Source: Octopus sinensis (Eukaryota). Taken from it: a stretch of DNA of 64,000 nucleotides. Below are positions 38,275-53,094 of the stretch, piece by piece; the stretch's first letter is position 1; each line of letters starts with the position of its first letter. The notes below the pieces were generated by a model. It ran no database searches, was not told where the DNA came from, and saw only the letters and a program-made list of their open reading frames with translations. The stretch lies in contig NC_042998.1 of NCBI RefSeq assembly GCF_006345805.1, forward strand, positions 105,338,001 to 105,402,000, given 5' to 3'. Position numbers and translations under genes: made by a program.

Positions 38275-38393
<119 letters not shown>

Positions 38394-40309
38394 TAATTTA
38401 TTTATTAGGGAATAAAAATTCTGGTATCACAGGGATTCAAATAAATTGAATTATTCTCAATAAGGAAATATATGTTATTTAGAGATAGAAGACCCCATGC
38501 AATTCATCAAATTCTAATATACATCACACCATATCATAGAATTTTATTTTAATATTTACTATATCAGTTCCAAATTACTCTTCTACATGTGTTTCATGAG
38601 GTGCGTTTAATGTTCCCTAGACACTCAGTCTTTTTCAGAAACATGTCTTAACTGCAAGCCCAATCATCAGGACTCAGTATAACTTTTTTATAATTCAATA
38701 ACTATTTCTATATTTTAATATTTTAACAGTTACAACTGTAACTAACAGACAAATATGCATGTGTGCAAATAAATTCGCCAAACCTTGCTGTGCAAGCCAT
38801 AATTTAATTGATTAAAAATTAAAAGTTTACAAAACTAAATTCAAACGTGACTTATGTCTATAAACATACATATAAATTAATAATATTTAGGAATGAAGAA
38901 AATTATAATATAATAATGAAAAGAATGTATAATAGTGATGATATAATAATGAAAAGAATATATAATATAGTGATGATAAAATAAACAGTGACAAAGAAAT
39001 GTATATTCGTATAAAAACTATAGTAAAAAGTGAACGTAAACAAATACGAATGAATGACAAAATGCAAAAAAATATAAAAAGATATATAATGAAATTATTC
39101 ATAATTAATTACAAAATATATCTTACATGAAGTGGATTCTCACTAGTACAGTCATGGTTGAAACTGAAAACAACACCAACTATGATACCAACACAAGCAG
39201 TACTACAATATTTTAAAGTTATTTCAAACAACATAAGTACTCTTCTCATTTCCTTTAGTCCTCATATTTAATCCAAGATCTACTTTGGTGCTATGTAAAA
39301 GTCTGTGATGACCTTTCTGAGGGCTATATGAAGTGGCTTAAAGGATACTAGGAAAAGCTAACCCAAACTGAAACTATTTTACAGCAAAACACTTTTGGCA
39401 ACAAACATTTTTCTTTGCAAAAAATGGTTATCACAGATTGCAGCTGCTATTCCAACCCTCATGATGCTAATTGAGCTATCCCAAAACAATGAAGACCAGC
39501 CAAAGCCTGCCAGAGAGAGACAGCCATGAAATATATTCAGTTTAAGAACACTTTGAAACCACAATTTGTAAAAAAGCTTTACCAGTTTTTCTAAGCAGTC
39601 ATTGAATGACAAGCATTCTTAACAAGATTAAAGAGAAAGTCAACTGCCCCCATGATTAAATTATCAATGATTTTGCTGGAGAGCACATGAAAGTAGGTAA
39701 TCTTAATACCTGGGCAATTAATACCTACGTATACACAAATGTAATTACTTTTAAAGAACTTAGCAAAACTTGCAGTACACATGTGAATGAAATTACTAAA
39801 CAGAAACCAGTTAAATGGAAAATAAAACTTGAAGAAAACATTAACTATCTGCATTGCCATTTTTGATAGTTAACCCAAATAATAAAATGAAAGGAGAATA
39901 AGGAATTCCCACCCGCAACCAGTTAAATCTTAGGGATAAAAAATTACAGAACTCCATGGTGATTCTTCATGCCAGTCAAACTCACGAGAGAAGGCTAATT
40001 ACTTTAAAACATCAACACAGGATACTTAGTGAAAAACTTTGTTACCATTGAAAATGTTCAAGTGAACCAGTATAAATTACAAATTTGTTTCCAATTCACA
40101 GGTATTATACTGAGAATTGAGGAAAGAAAACATTGTTAAGAAAGTCTTTTCTCTAGAAGACTTTGAATCTTTCTAATTTTAGATCAGCAATGAAAAGAGA
40201 GATTTTAGCTAGAATGAATCTTGGGTTAAATTCAATTAGGTAAAAATACTGTGCAAACATCAACTATAAATTATTCACAATCAAACCTGAAATATTTACT
40301 ATAGCTATA

Positions 40310-40800
40310 GGAAAATTGCATTATGAGAAAGGCACCGGGAAAAGATGTTATAGTTGCATATGGCTACAAGAAGCTGACTTTCTACAGTAAGCCATTAATG
40401 TGTATATTTAAAAGGATTATGGAAGGTCAAACTAGCTAGCTACAGTATGGATAAATCTTGTGGCTAAGATGAAACAACCAAGTTGGCAGCAAACTGTAGG
40501 CGTATTGCTTGCCTAAACATTATGTGCAAGCGTTACTCAAGCTCTCTCAATCAGTTTCTCCAGGATCATTGTGAGTCCAACAACATTATGCCTGATGAAT
40601 TGGTACATGAAAAGAAGGAACTATGAAGATGTGTGAGGCAACTTTTGATAAATGAAGTAATAAAACATTGCAGAAACCTTGTGACAGTATGATTCAGCTA
40701 TAGGAAGGCTTTAGACTTTATTCGCCACTCACAGCTGCTGATGTCTCTGCACTGGATAAAAATATCTGCTACTTTCGTTGCTACCATTGAGAGGCAAGTA
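40310..40800 (+). pseudogene. R4/Dong-like RT remnant (older)
   Basis: APGKDVIVAYGYKKL, RIACLNIMCK..LNQFLQDHCESNNIMPDE, EQLLIN-like and YRKA.DFIRHS motifs, with stops. Confidence 0.7.
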
Positions 40801-41979
40801 TAAATGGTTCTTGTGCATTTGCTATTAGATCAAGGTATTAACTAAGCAATCAAGTGACAAGGAAAGGGTACTCCCTGTGCTATCACAAAAGAATGGAACA
40901 AGAGAACAGAGGTGAGAATTCAATTATGTAAATTATGAAACCATAAAAACAGAAACTGAAATTCTGTTTAGTTGGAAATGAATGAAGTCATATGAAAGAT
41001 TAATAGTTAATGGGCTAATACTAACCAAAAATAAATTTTACAGGTTGCAGACCCTAAACTGAAGCCTTAGGAATTTTGTAACAGAGTTGGTAATGGGTTT
41101 TAATATCAAAATAAATAGAATTACAGGAAGTCAATCTCCTTGGAATATTCCCTTTGAAATATTTATAACACCAGAGATAATAGTTCTGCTTTCAGTTGCA
41201 AGTGTGAGTATTGGTGTCCAGGAATTACATTATTAACTATCTACCTTTCAACTTAGCATTTTTAATTAATTAACTTACTAATTAGATAACAAATAAGCTA
41301 TTTGTTTATGTAATACTTAATCATGTCAAAATTTAATTATAATCACGTTTTATTAGTGCACTTGTTCCAATGAACACTGTGTATTCTTTTTCTCTTTTCA
41401 TTCCATTTATAGGGTGGGGGGGGCACTGATATATGTTTTGATGTATGTGTACATACACTGTCAATCCACTTAACACACTCCAGTGGAAAATGAATTGCAA
41501 ACAACTGTTATTTAAAACACGTTTATTATCTTTACTGTTATCTTTATTGATATCACAACTTAATCTTTCTATGGCTTACCTTAGACTTTTATTACCTGCA
41601 ACTTCTTCCTTCATCTATGACATTACTACACTTTAAATTATCATGTCTTTACCCTTGTATTTATTTATTTATTTATTTCTAATCATCATACCACTGACAT
41701 CATCACCATTTTCATTATTGTTCTATCATCATCATCATCATCATCATCATCGTCCACTCTCCATGCTGGCATGTTTAGATGGTTTGACTGAGGAGTGGCA
41801 AACTAGGAGGCTTCACCAGGCTCCAATACGAACTTCCTAATACGAACTACTCTGAAAGTGTAGTGGGTGATTTTTTACGTTCCACTGGCACAGGGGCCAG
41901 TCAGGTGACACTGGCATCAACCATGCTTGAAGGTACTTTTTACATGCCATCAACATGGGAGCCAGTCAGGCAGCACTGG

Positions 41980-42020
<41 letters not shown>

Positions 42021-42287
42021 TGTGTGTGTACATAAACTAGTGTTTCTTTTAATGGTATTATCAATATAGTTTCCAAATTTTGGCACATGGCCAACAGTTA
42101 TGGGGGATGGAATAAGTCAATTGCGTTGACAGTTATTTGATTTATCATCCCCAAAAGAATGAAAGGTAAAGCTGACCTCAGCAAAATTTGAACTCAGAAC
42201 ATAAAGTGAGATGCAATACTGTTAAGCATTTAGTCTGGTGTACTAAATATTCTCTCAGCTTGGTGTTATTAATATTGGTACTGTGTT

Positions 42288-42620
42288 TATTATTACCTCT
42301 GCCTCAGTGAAGGAGGAGGTATTGTTTTCAGTCATGTTTGTTTGTCCATGGACAAGATAACTCAAGAATCAATGGATGGATTTGGATGAAATTTTCAGGG
42401 ATATTTGACCTCATAACTGACACAAATTGATAAGATTTTGGGATCAATCTGGTTTGAGACAAGGATTCTGAATTATTTTTCCCATTTTTTTAACTTAATT
42501 TTTGAGAGTGGTCTGGCTCATTTTTAGTATTCTCGATTGTGAGAGCAGCCAAGTTTATTTCAGATATTCTCATTTCAAAAATCCTTTCTAGCTAATCGTT
42601 GAGAGGGCATTGGTGTTGTT
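42288..42620 (+). mobile_element. Non-autonomous Helentron/DINE-like element
   Basis: ttattacctctgcc..ggaggtattgttttc..tttgtttgtcc..gataactcaaga..ggatggatttggatgaaatttt is the DINE/HINE-type layout. The 3' end is uncertain. Confidence 0.6.
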
Positions 42621-43685
42621 TTGTTATTATTATTTTCAAGATCATTGTCCTTTTGGCTATACCATTGAGGTATAGTCCAGATTGTTCCAGCAGCTTCCAG
42701 CTAATTTTATATGGCCCTCGTCACTTCTTTAAATCCTCATATATAACTAGCCAATGTTGTAACTTTCTGCCTTTGTGGTCCCAAAGAGGCTCTGTGTTTA
42801 TTTAGTCTGGTAACTTTCTGACCAGTTATATGTCATAACAAAGGATATATTATTCAAATACATAAAAGTATGTATATGTTAAAAACTTAGATAAACTCAC
42901 CACAGTGCATGAGAGTGTATATGTTTGTGTATATGTGCGGATGTGCATGTGTATGTGTGTGTGTCTGTATATGCCTAAGCTGGTTTAGTAGAAATGTAAC
43001 GCTCTCAACAAACCAATCATAAAGAAGACAATGGTAATTTAAATTCAAATCCACAAGCCAATCATATTTTAGCGCTAGATTTGTAACTATTTCTGAAAGT
43101 AATAGTGTATTTGTGTCACAATGGAAATTATAAATTTGAACTCGGACGTACATCTGTGCACCTGTGGATCTTAATGTGTAAACAGAATGCTTTTATTTCA
43201 TATTTCGTATGTATATGCAGATATTTAACGCTTTGCATGGTATTGTAGTAATATTGTGACTATATTGCTAATAATGGAATCTATATATTGTTTTACTAGT
43301 ATTAGCGTTATTAATAATAATATGAATGATGATATTGGTAGCATTAGTGGTAATGACAATGATAATGATGCTAACATTAATGACATTTTGGAAATTAATA
43401 AGAATTAATATAATGTACTCTTGACTCTGTATATCTGCATTTAGGTATTAATATGTGTATGTTTTTCTACATTGTTATTATCACAATATTAAGTTGAAAA
43501 ACTGTAACATTGAATGTGGAACATATGTATGTTTATTGGTTTATATTATTTATATCATTATGTATATGTATATTTATATGTATAGGAGTATGAGTATATG
43601 CACTCATATGTATATGTATATGTTTTATTGTGGGTATGTACACACACCTGTATAAATATGTATGTAATCTGATTTGTATCATATA

Positions 43686-43812
43686 ATCTCCGAAGAGGCC
43701 TTAGGATATTTTTGTAAATGTCTCATTTATAACTACATATTGACCTACCATAAATGGCTAATATAAGTAAAATGAGACATACTTATCTGCATGGCCAAAA
43801 CAGCTGTAAGAT
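43686..43812 (+). ncRNA. Degenerate type I hammerhead with a ~100-nt stem II
   Basis: atct-CCGAAGA-ggcc...ggcc-AAAAC-agct-GTA-agat. Stems I, II and III all pair, with two core substitutions (U4C, G12A). Internal hairpin tgtctcattt/aaatgagaca. Confidence 0.6.
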
Positions 43813-44768
43813 GTAGTCTATATTTATATTTATATTTACTTATATTTATATTCTCTAATACATATTGTACTTATTGTATAACATTACTCCTTTATGCACA
43901 CTCCTTTTTGTACACTGTTTTGTTCTACATTATTATGTTTAACCTTAAAGTTTCTTATGTGGTGGTTTAATAAAGTATGTGATTGGGTATTATCTGGTAA
44001 TTGATATTTGATTTGGATGTATTTCTCCATTTTCTTATTTTGTATTATGAATTTGTGGTAAAACATTCTACCTTTGCCCATATAATACAGTAAATGAATT
44101 AATTGCATCGCAATTCTTAACATTTACGTATTAACTTTGTTGGGTACTTCACTAGCAGTATATTAGATATATGTTATCCCATGGAGGGTTGCATTTACAG
44201 CCCCTATCTCAATTTGTATATATATATATATATATATAATATATATATATATATAGTGAGAGAGAGAGACCGAGAGAGAGAGAGAGAGAGATGTATAAAC
44301 ATGTATATGTCATCATCATCATTTAACATCCATTTGCCATGCTGGCATGATTTGGACGGTCTGACTGAAATCTAGTAAGCTGGAAAGCTGGACCAGGTTG
44401 TGATCTGATTTTGCAAGGCTTCTACAGCTGACTGCCCTTCCTAATGCCACTCACTCCGAGAGTGTAGTGAGTATTTTTTACATGCCACTGGTATGGGTGC
44501 TTTTGACATGACACCGGCATTGGCCATGACTATGGTCTCACTTAGTTTGAGAGGTCTACACAAGCATGGTATATTGCCAAAGGACATAGTCACCTGTCAT
44601 GGCCTCCATGAAACCCAACACTCGAAGGATGCTTTTTACATGCCACTGGCATGGGTGTCACTCAGATGACACTGGCATTAGCCACACACACATACATATG
44701 TATATGTATATATGTATACACACACACACACACACACATATATATACATAGATACACATATATAAATA

Positions 44769-44984
44769 CTTTATTTGTGTATTAAGGCTAACATTGGTTT
44801 CATGTTAAGAAAATATCTATTTTTCATCCTAGTCGCATGGAGAAATTGGTATTTGTTTCCATTTTGGATTTTGTTTTAATCCAAAATGGAGATGAATAAC
44901 AATTTCTTCATGTGATTGACTTGAAAAATTGTCAAGATATTTTGTTTACATGAAACCAATGGTAGCTTTGAAACACAAATAAAG
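44769..44984. repeat. Imperfect hairpin with ~105-bp arms
   Basis: ctttatttgtgt...ccattttggatt / aatccaaaatgg...acacaaataaag. Confidence 0.8.
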
Positions 44985-44989
44985 GATCT

Positions 44990-45830
44990 ATATCACCAAT
45001 GCGATGCTGAACAATCATTCTCTTTGTTTGACAAGTTTGATTTGATCCACTTTGGAATAGAAGAAGCTGAAATTACCATATGCTCTTCCCTCAGGAGACT
45101 CCCTAGTGTCATCCAACAACACCAGAGACCTTGTAGTAATTGTTGATAACAATCTAAGCTAGAGTTCCCACGTAAACAGCAAGGTTGACTTGGCCTGCAA
45201 GAGCTCTTGGATTCTGAGAATTTTCCGGTCTAGAGATGCCTACACCATCATCCTTCTCTACTCTACTTTTTCCCAATCCCTCCTTGAATACTGTTGCCCA
45301 CTGTGGTCCCCCACCCCATACAAAGCAACTCATTATGAAAGTGGAAGCACTCCAGAGGTCAATAACAAGAAAGATAGACAGCATGAGAGCATTGACTATT
45401 GGATTTGATTAAAAAACTCAATCTCTACTCTCTCCAATGCTACTGGGAGTGCTACATCATTTGTGTAATGTGGAAAATATTCCATCTGTATTGCAAAAAT
45501 GATGTTGGTATCAATTTTAAAATCCATCCTAAACTTGGCCCCAGCACTATCTGCCCACCACAAAAATTGAACTAGGTACGCATAGCAACATTACGCCACA
45601 ATTCCTTTACCTCAACCAGTCCAGCTCTCGTTAATACCATACCAAAATATGTGAAAATGGAAATGGATCCCATAAAATTCAAAAGTTCACTGGAAAAATT
45701 CCATCAAAAAATCCCGGACCAACCTCCTACACCCAGATATGTCTCCAACAATAATAACACTTTGCTCCATATATGACTAAAAGACTTCACCTGATGGTAC
45801 TATTAAATTAGACATGACCTGGACCTATAC
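44990..45830 (+). mobile_element. CR1-clade LINE 3' fragment
   Basis: RDL.VIVDNNLS..SWILRIFRSRD..LLEYCCPLWSP..VEALQR..YW..LKKLNLYSLQ. Confidence 0.85.
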
Positions 45831-46327
45831 TGGCCGAAACCTATCAAAGTTATATATATATAGTTTAAAAGAAACAGAAAATAATTTTTCACTACTTGAT
45901 AATCAATGATTAGTATTTATCATTACTATTAAATTAATCATCAACCAAATCTTCAGATGATGTATTGAAATTCAATTTGTGTAATGAACACAAGAATTAT
46001 TGAAGCCCTAAATGTGTGTGTGTGTGTGTAGCAGCTAAGAAGTTCACTTTGCAACCATATAGTTTCAGGAACTTTTCAGCATATCCTTGTATATATATAC
46101 AACTAGCTTCTTTCAGTTTCCACCTACCAAATCCACTCACAAGGTATTTGTCAGCCTGAGGCTATAGTAGAAAACACTTTCTCAAGGTGCCAAGCAATGG
46201 GACTGAATGTGGAACCATGTAGTGGGGAAGTAAACTTCCTATCACACAGCCATGCCAATACATTTATATATGCACACACACATATATATATACACACATA
46301 TATATATATACACACATATATATAATA

Positions 46328-47549
46328 CAAGGTGTCCCAAAAGTCACTAATGGATTTCAATTTTAAATTTTATACATTATAAAGGACATAATGGAAATTA
46401 ATATGCACGAGTTGAATTTTACAATATTACTAATCATCCAAACGTGGCCGTTGCCAGCACTGCCCCGACTGGCTTCCATGCTGGTGGCACGTAAAAAGCA
46501 CCATCCGATCGTGGCCGTTGCCAGCTTCGCCTGGCCTCCGTGCCAGTGGCACGTAAAAAGCACCATCCGATCATGGCTGTTTGCCAGCCTCGTCTGGCAC
46601 CTGTGCCAGTGGCACGTAAAAAGCACTCACTACACTCATGGAGTGGTTTGTGTTAGGAAGGGCATCCAGCCGTAGAAACATTGCCAGATCAGACTGGACC
46701 TGGTGCAGCCTTCTGGCTTCCCAGACCCCAGTTGCACCGTCCAACCCATGCCAGCATGGAAAGCGGACGCTAAACGACGACGATGATGATGATGATGATG
46801 ATGATATGAAAAATAACATCGTTTAAATGGCAGCCATTTTTGGTTTCGCACACTCATGATCTTTACAAAACTTGCACCATAACACCCTCAAGATTTTCAG
46901 ACCCCACTTCTCTGATTTCTCTATTGATGTTCTCCTTCAGTTGCACCAGGGTCTCTGATATGTTGATGTAAACCTTCTCTTTCAGGTATCTCCATAAGAA
47001 AAAATCCAGGCTAATCAAGTCTGGGGAATGTGAAGGCCAGTTGATATTGTCATAGCAGGAGATTATTCTTTCTCCAAAGCACTGCCATAGAAACTGCATT
47101 GTTTCTCTTGCAATATGAGCAGCTGCCCCATCTTACTGAAACCATGTGTGAGGTCAACTTTGAATGGCCTTCACATTCCCTAAACTTGACTAGCCTGGAT
47201 TTTTTCTTGTGAGGATACCTGAACGAGAGGGTTTACATAAACAAACCAGAAACCCTGGTGTAACTGAAGGGGAACATCAATAGAGAAATTAGAGAAGTTG
47301 GGGTCTAAAACTCTTGACGGTGTTATGGTGCAAGTTTTGGACAAAGCACTGGCATGCAAAGCTGAAAATGGCTGCCATTTAAGCGATGTCGTTTTTCATA
47401 TGTGATGTAGTGGTGTTGTGAAATTTGACTTTTGTATATTAATTTCCATAATCTTCTTTATATCACATCAAAATTTCATGCACATTTATTTGTAGCTTTA
47501 ATGAAGTTAACAAAAACTGAAACCCATTAGTGACTTTTGGGACACCCTG
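46328..47549. mobile_element. Tc1/mariner foldback derivative made of two outward-facing transposase 3' ends, with an RTE tail inserted at ~46440-46805
   Basis: TA-flanked TIRs CA(A/G)GGTGTCCCAAAAGTCACTAATGG. WFQ*DGAAAH..WPSHSPDL..FFLWRYLKEKVY on the minus strand, with an inverted copy at 47165-47400. Confidence 0.88.
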
Positions 47550-47731
47550 TATATTATGACGGTAAGGTTGTGGTCATGTGGGAGCGTACAAAAGAAAGAA
47601 TGTGGTGCTGGCAGTTCTCAGTATGCCATTTCTTACAAAGATGATAACATTTATTACCACATAAAAGGATGCTGTGCTAATGCAAAACATACCCATCCAA
47701 CCCATGCTAGTATGGAAAAATCAATGCAAAA

Positions 47732-47762
<31 letters not shown>

Positions 47763-48220
47763 GGGGAAGGAGGAGGAGGAGGATTATGATGCTGGAGATG
47801 ATGATGGCTAGCACATCATCTTACCACTATCATTACAATATCCTTAAGAATCTTATCATCATTGTACTCAGCCATGATTTCAATTATAGATAATGTGGTC
47901 AATGCTCATTAGACTAATGAAATCTCTAAAAATTTAGCAAGATATTAAATATGCACAGCATGCATTATACTAAATAAGTGAATGCACACTCACACACACG
48001 TGCACACACATAAATATACATATATATTTACATACACACATATGCTAGAACCTATGTATGTATATATACATATATATATAAATAGGCAAAGACCAACACA
48101 GATGAATTTATGTTTAAAATTTACACATTTGTATTTACTAGTGTGTATATGTAAGTGTATTCATATGAATGCATGTACATTTATGTATGTTTGAGTGTGT
48201 GGTGTGTACATACATATATG

Positions 48221-48290
<70 letters not shown>

Positions 48291-48300
48291 ATGTATATAT

Positions 48301-48398
<98 letters not shown>

Positions 48399-48427
48399 TA
48401 CACACACACATACATACATACATATAT

Positions 48428-48492
<65 letters not shown>

Positions 48493-48708
48493 TATACATA
48501 TGATTGTATATGTTTAACATCTTTGATATGTCTCTATGTTTTAATACATTTCCATATAAATGAAAATACACATCTGCACAAACTTCATACATGTTTGCTT
48601 ATAAATGTGCAAGTCATACAAAGCCGATTTGTTGCATTTATCTAAAAATATATATATGCTTACACAGATATGTATAAATATATATATAAGTATGTGTATG
48701 TATGCATC

Positions 48709-48752
<44 letters not shown>

Positions 48753-48839
48753 TACACACACACATACAGAGTGCAGTGAATTAATTGTCATCTAAATTAC
48801 GCAAAAATGCAAATAACACTGACATCTTATTTTAACAGA

Positions 48840-49328
48840 TATCATCTTCATCATCATCATCATCATCATCATTATCATCATCATCATCATTGTTTAACAT
48901 TCACCTTCCATGCTAGCATGGGTGGGATGGTTTCACAAGAACCGCCCAGGCAGAAGCCTGCACCAGACTTCTGTGACTGTTTTGGCAGAATTTTTACATC
49001 TGGATGCCCTTCCTAACACCAACCATTCAGCAGAGTGGACTTAGTGCTTTTTATATCACACAAGCACAGGTGAGGTCAGTTTTGGCAAGGTTTTTACAGC
49101 TGGATGCCCTTCCGAACACCAACCACCTACGGTGTAGTCTGTGTGCTTTTAAGTGGCACCTGCACTGACAGAGTCACCCAGTACTTGCAAGACAAGAAAA
49201 GAAAAAAAACTTTCAAGAGGGAAGGGGCACTGGAGGAGGTGATCTTGTGTTGGATGATGAAAGGTTATAGTGAGACAAAGAGACAGAAACAGGTATCTTG
49301 CTGTAGAGTAAATACAAGGTTACCTGGC

Positions 49329-49375
<47 letters not shown>

Positions 49376-50795
49376 AGATATCAGGATAGAAATCATGGCA
49401 AAGTGCTGGGCATACTCACAAGGGATGAGGATCAGAATATAAATGGGATGGTTGAGTAAAGAAAGAGAGAGATACCCTTGAGATTCAAACACCATAATAT
49501 AAGTAACAGTATAATGCAAAGGAAGTATGATTAAAGAGTGGTGGGGGTGAAAACCTGGGTTTGTATAGAGTCAGATGGGGTTACTGAATAGCATTGATAC
49601 AGAGGAACAGGGCTGTGGGGACAGGATTGGGGAGTGAGAGAAAGGCATAATGTATGAAAGAGGAAATGTGAGGAAGAGAAGAGATGTAGAGATGTAGATT
49701 GGTTTGTTGGGGTAGGGTGAGTGAAAAGATTTCTTGTTACGTGTGGGTGGAACACACAATAATACAGTGAGACAGGGCATGTGGGTGGAACACACAATAA
49801 TACAGTGAGACAGGGCATGTGGGTGGAACACACATCAGGGGCTATCAGAGAGTAAAGATACAGTGGCACAGGGCTAAGAGGACAGAATTGGGGTGTGGGA
49901 GGTAAGCCTGGTGCATGAAGTGGAAATGTGAGGAAGAGATGTAAAGATGTAGTTTGGTTTGTTGTGGTAGAGTGTGTGAGAAATTTTTTTTGTTAAGTGT
50001 GGGTGGGCCACACAACACTTCTAGAACTCAGTTTTGCTGACATGGGTGGGTCTTATTTAGAACTTCATATCACCAAGCATCTTGATCCATTGCCATTTCC
50101 TCCATGAGGTCCAGCATCCTCAGATTGGTCCTTACCACTTCATCCCACACCTTCCTGGGTCTCCCTCTTCCACAGGGACCATCCACTTTCAGTGATCGAC
50201 ACTTCTTTATGCAGCTGTCCTCATTCATACACATCACGTCCAAGCCGACGTGGTCTTCTCCCTTGCATGCTACATTTGATTCCTCTTATATCCAACTTTT
50301 CTCTCAGTGCACTTGCACTTTACCATACATGTGCACTGATGTTGCACATCCAATGGAGCATTCTACCTTCATTTCTCTTTAGCTTATGCATGTCTTCTGC
50401 ATTCAGATCCAATGTCTCACTACCATGGGGTATAGCTGTTTGCACACTAGCATCATATAGTCTACCTTTCACTCTGAGAGAAAGTCCTTTTGTTACCAGC
50501 AAATGTAATATCTCTCTGAACTTTCTCCACCCAATTCTTATTCTAGAAATAATACTTTCAGAGCATCTTCCACCATTCCTTATTTGGTTACCTAGGTAAC
50601 AGAAACTATCTACAACTTCAAGAGAGCCTCCTGTGCATTTCAGAGAATCTAAATCCCATGTGCTCTTAGTGTTTATTGTTCCTGCACATCTGCCACATAC
50701 AAAGATAACTTTATTTCTTAATCAACCTGTGATTTCACTGCACCTCTTGTATGTCCATAGTTTACATTGAATGCAGCAAACAGAATTTCTTCCAA
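48840..50795 (-). mobile_element. 5'-truncated RTE LINE: RT 3' region, ~1.2-kb 3'UTR and (GAT)n tail
   Basis: GRNSVCCIQCKLWTYKRC..LVTKGLSLRVKGRLYDA..RGRPRKVWDEVV. The UTR contains internal tandem duplications at 49740-49830. Confidence 0.9.
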
Positions 50796-50856
50796 CTTCT
50801 TTCTTGTATATTTCCCAAAATTACATAAAAATGTGTTGAAATACTAAAGAATAAAT

Positions 50857-51050
50857 TTATTCAATAAAATTACCATTGGCTTCAACCACAAGCTCCAGAC
50901 AAATTCGGAATTTCCTGAAACTCTTCTGGATGGTCTTCTTGTTTAAGTTGGTGAATACTGCCATAATCCTTGCCTTCAGTTCATCTTTGGTGTTACTAGG
51001 AGTTTTGATGGTCTCTTGCTCAACTGTGCCCCACAAATAATAATCACATG
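50857..51050 (-). pseudogene. Tc1/mariner transposase C-terminal remnant
   Basis: DYYLWGTVEQET..NTKDELKARI..LELVVEANGNFIE. Interrupted upstream by an RTE tail at 51055-51340. Confidence 0.75.
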
Positions 51051-51056
51051 ACCAAA

Positions 51057-51100
<44 letters not shown>

Positions 51101-51592
51101 ACATCATCATCATTTAACACCCATTTTTCATGGTGGCATAGGTTGGACAGTTTGACCAGAGCTAGCAAGGAGAGCTGCACCAGGTTCCAGTCTGATTTGG
51201 TTTGGTTTCTAAGGCTGGATACCATTCCTAGTGCTAACAACTTTACAGAGTGTGCTGAGTGCTTTTTACATGGTGCTGGCAGGGAAGCTATTTATGTGGC
51301 ACCGGCATGGGTACTTTTTACATGGTGCATCACAGGATTCTTGTAGGCCAATCATTTTCAACAAGGGGAACAGCATTAATAATTCTGCTGTGGAAAATGG
51401 TTCTTCTTGGGTGCAGCAAGGCACCAAATATACACTTACTTCATAGTAACAGAAGCAATATGGATATCAAAAGGAAACATTTATCTCCCACTCCATGGTG
51501 CATAAAAGCACTTATGTTTATATCCTTGGCAGATGACAACCATCCATTGCAACTGCTGAGAGAATCAGCTGTTATGTCCCTGCTGAACATCT

Positions 51593-51633
51593 GACACTGA
51601 TGAGACCAAGTAAGGGAGAAATCATGTAATGTC
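51593..51633 (+). ncRNA. Degenerate minimal hammerhead-like motif
   Basis: gaca-CTGATGA-gacc-aagtaa-ggga-GAAA-tcat-GTA-a-tgtc. Stem II is mismatched and there is one extra nucleotide before stem I. Confidence 0.4.
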
Positions 51634-51759
51634 TCAGCGGATGGTAATTGCCTGTCGACAATATTAACCCAAGTGCTTTATGCACCACAAGTCTATATGA
51701 GAGATCCTCTCGTGGTAAACAATGCAGTATTTTGTATTCTAACACAACATCCACTTTAA

Positions 51760-51978
51760 CACTTTCATTACTGTATTTATTTTGAGATGCTCTCTGTTTA
51801 TTTCAATTACTTTAAATATAACAAAGAATTTAGTAAAATAACTTAGTTATCATTCAGTCAGTGTAAAGAATATAAATTTTGACTAAGTTTTAGTGGAAGA
51901 TTTTAATTCAAAACTGATGAAAACAAGACATTTGTACTCAGGGCCAGAGCCAGTTTCAGCTGGGTTGGTAACGAAAGG
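51760..51978 (-). mobile_element. piggyBac-type MITE with TTAA flanks
   Basis: Reverse-complement homologue of 54728-54948, with TTAA on both sides. Confidence 0.8.
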
Positions 51979-51987
51979 GTTAAGTGG

Positions 51988-52023
<36 letters not shown>

Positions 52024-52432
52024 TATACATATGTTTATTTATTTATTTATTTTCGTGCCAGTATGTATTCATATTTCTATGTGTTTTTATATATTTGCTA
52101 ATATGTACTGATATACAAATTATGCAAATACATACACCAATACTCATTACAGATGCACACAACGATAGCTATTTTCAAGCTTATTTCTAGCCTGATTGGA
52201 ATATCTAATTAAAATTTCTCTTGATATTCTTAATTATCTCTTAAAATCTAAGTAAAGAAATTCAAACTAAAATTACATATAAGATTTTAAATGTTTCTAT
52301 TTCATATATTTATTTATTTATTTATTGAAATTTCACATTTATTTTGCTCTCATGTGGCTGAACTAATCCTATCTTCTAATAAACTCTAATGATTTATCTA
52401 TCTATCTATCTATCTACATACATACATATATA

Positions 52433-52491
<59 letters not shown>

Positions 52492-52506
52492 TATATATAG
52501 ATATAG

Positions 52507-52543
<37 letters not shown>

Positions 52544-53094
52544 TAAGATAAAGAACATGGACAATCCTTGTTGTTTTTTGCTTAGCTTTTGATTAACTCT
52601 CTTTATGCAAGCCTATGTCCGAAAGCTTTCTTGCTATGATCATGCTGTGTTTTTTGTTTGTTTTTATTTGTTTACTTTTGTTTGTTTGGTTACATTACCC
52701 AATGTAGTATTTGTCTATTTAAGATGATATGATACGATCTGAGAGAGATTTGACAGCTATTTCTAACAAACTGAGGCCTGACATAGTGTCATACTTCTTG
52801 GTTCTGAGTTTTCAGTCTGTTGTCAGAATTGTAAAAATATTGGACAAAATACCTCATGAGATTTGCTCCAGTTCTCAACACTCTGAGTTCAAATCATACC
52901 AAGGATGCCCTTGTCTTTCATCCTCTTGGAACACCAGAAATATCAGTTCAAGAACCAGTGGATTTGTGAGAGCATCAAGTGAGATACCTTGTCATATTTG
53001 TTTGGTTTTTGTGTTCTGAGTTCTTTAACACATTAACTGTCACATGTACAACCAATGGTTATCACAGACTTCACACAACTGCCATATGCACCAC

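Noticed and set aside
38578-38675. CTGATGA...GAAACacatGTA on the minus strand
   Set aside because: Stem I gives only 2 bp and the stem II base is mismatched, so it is not listed as a feature. It is mentioned only as a weak long-stem-II candidate.
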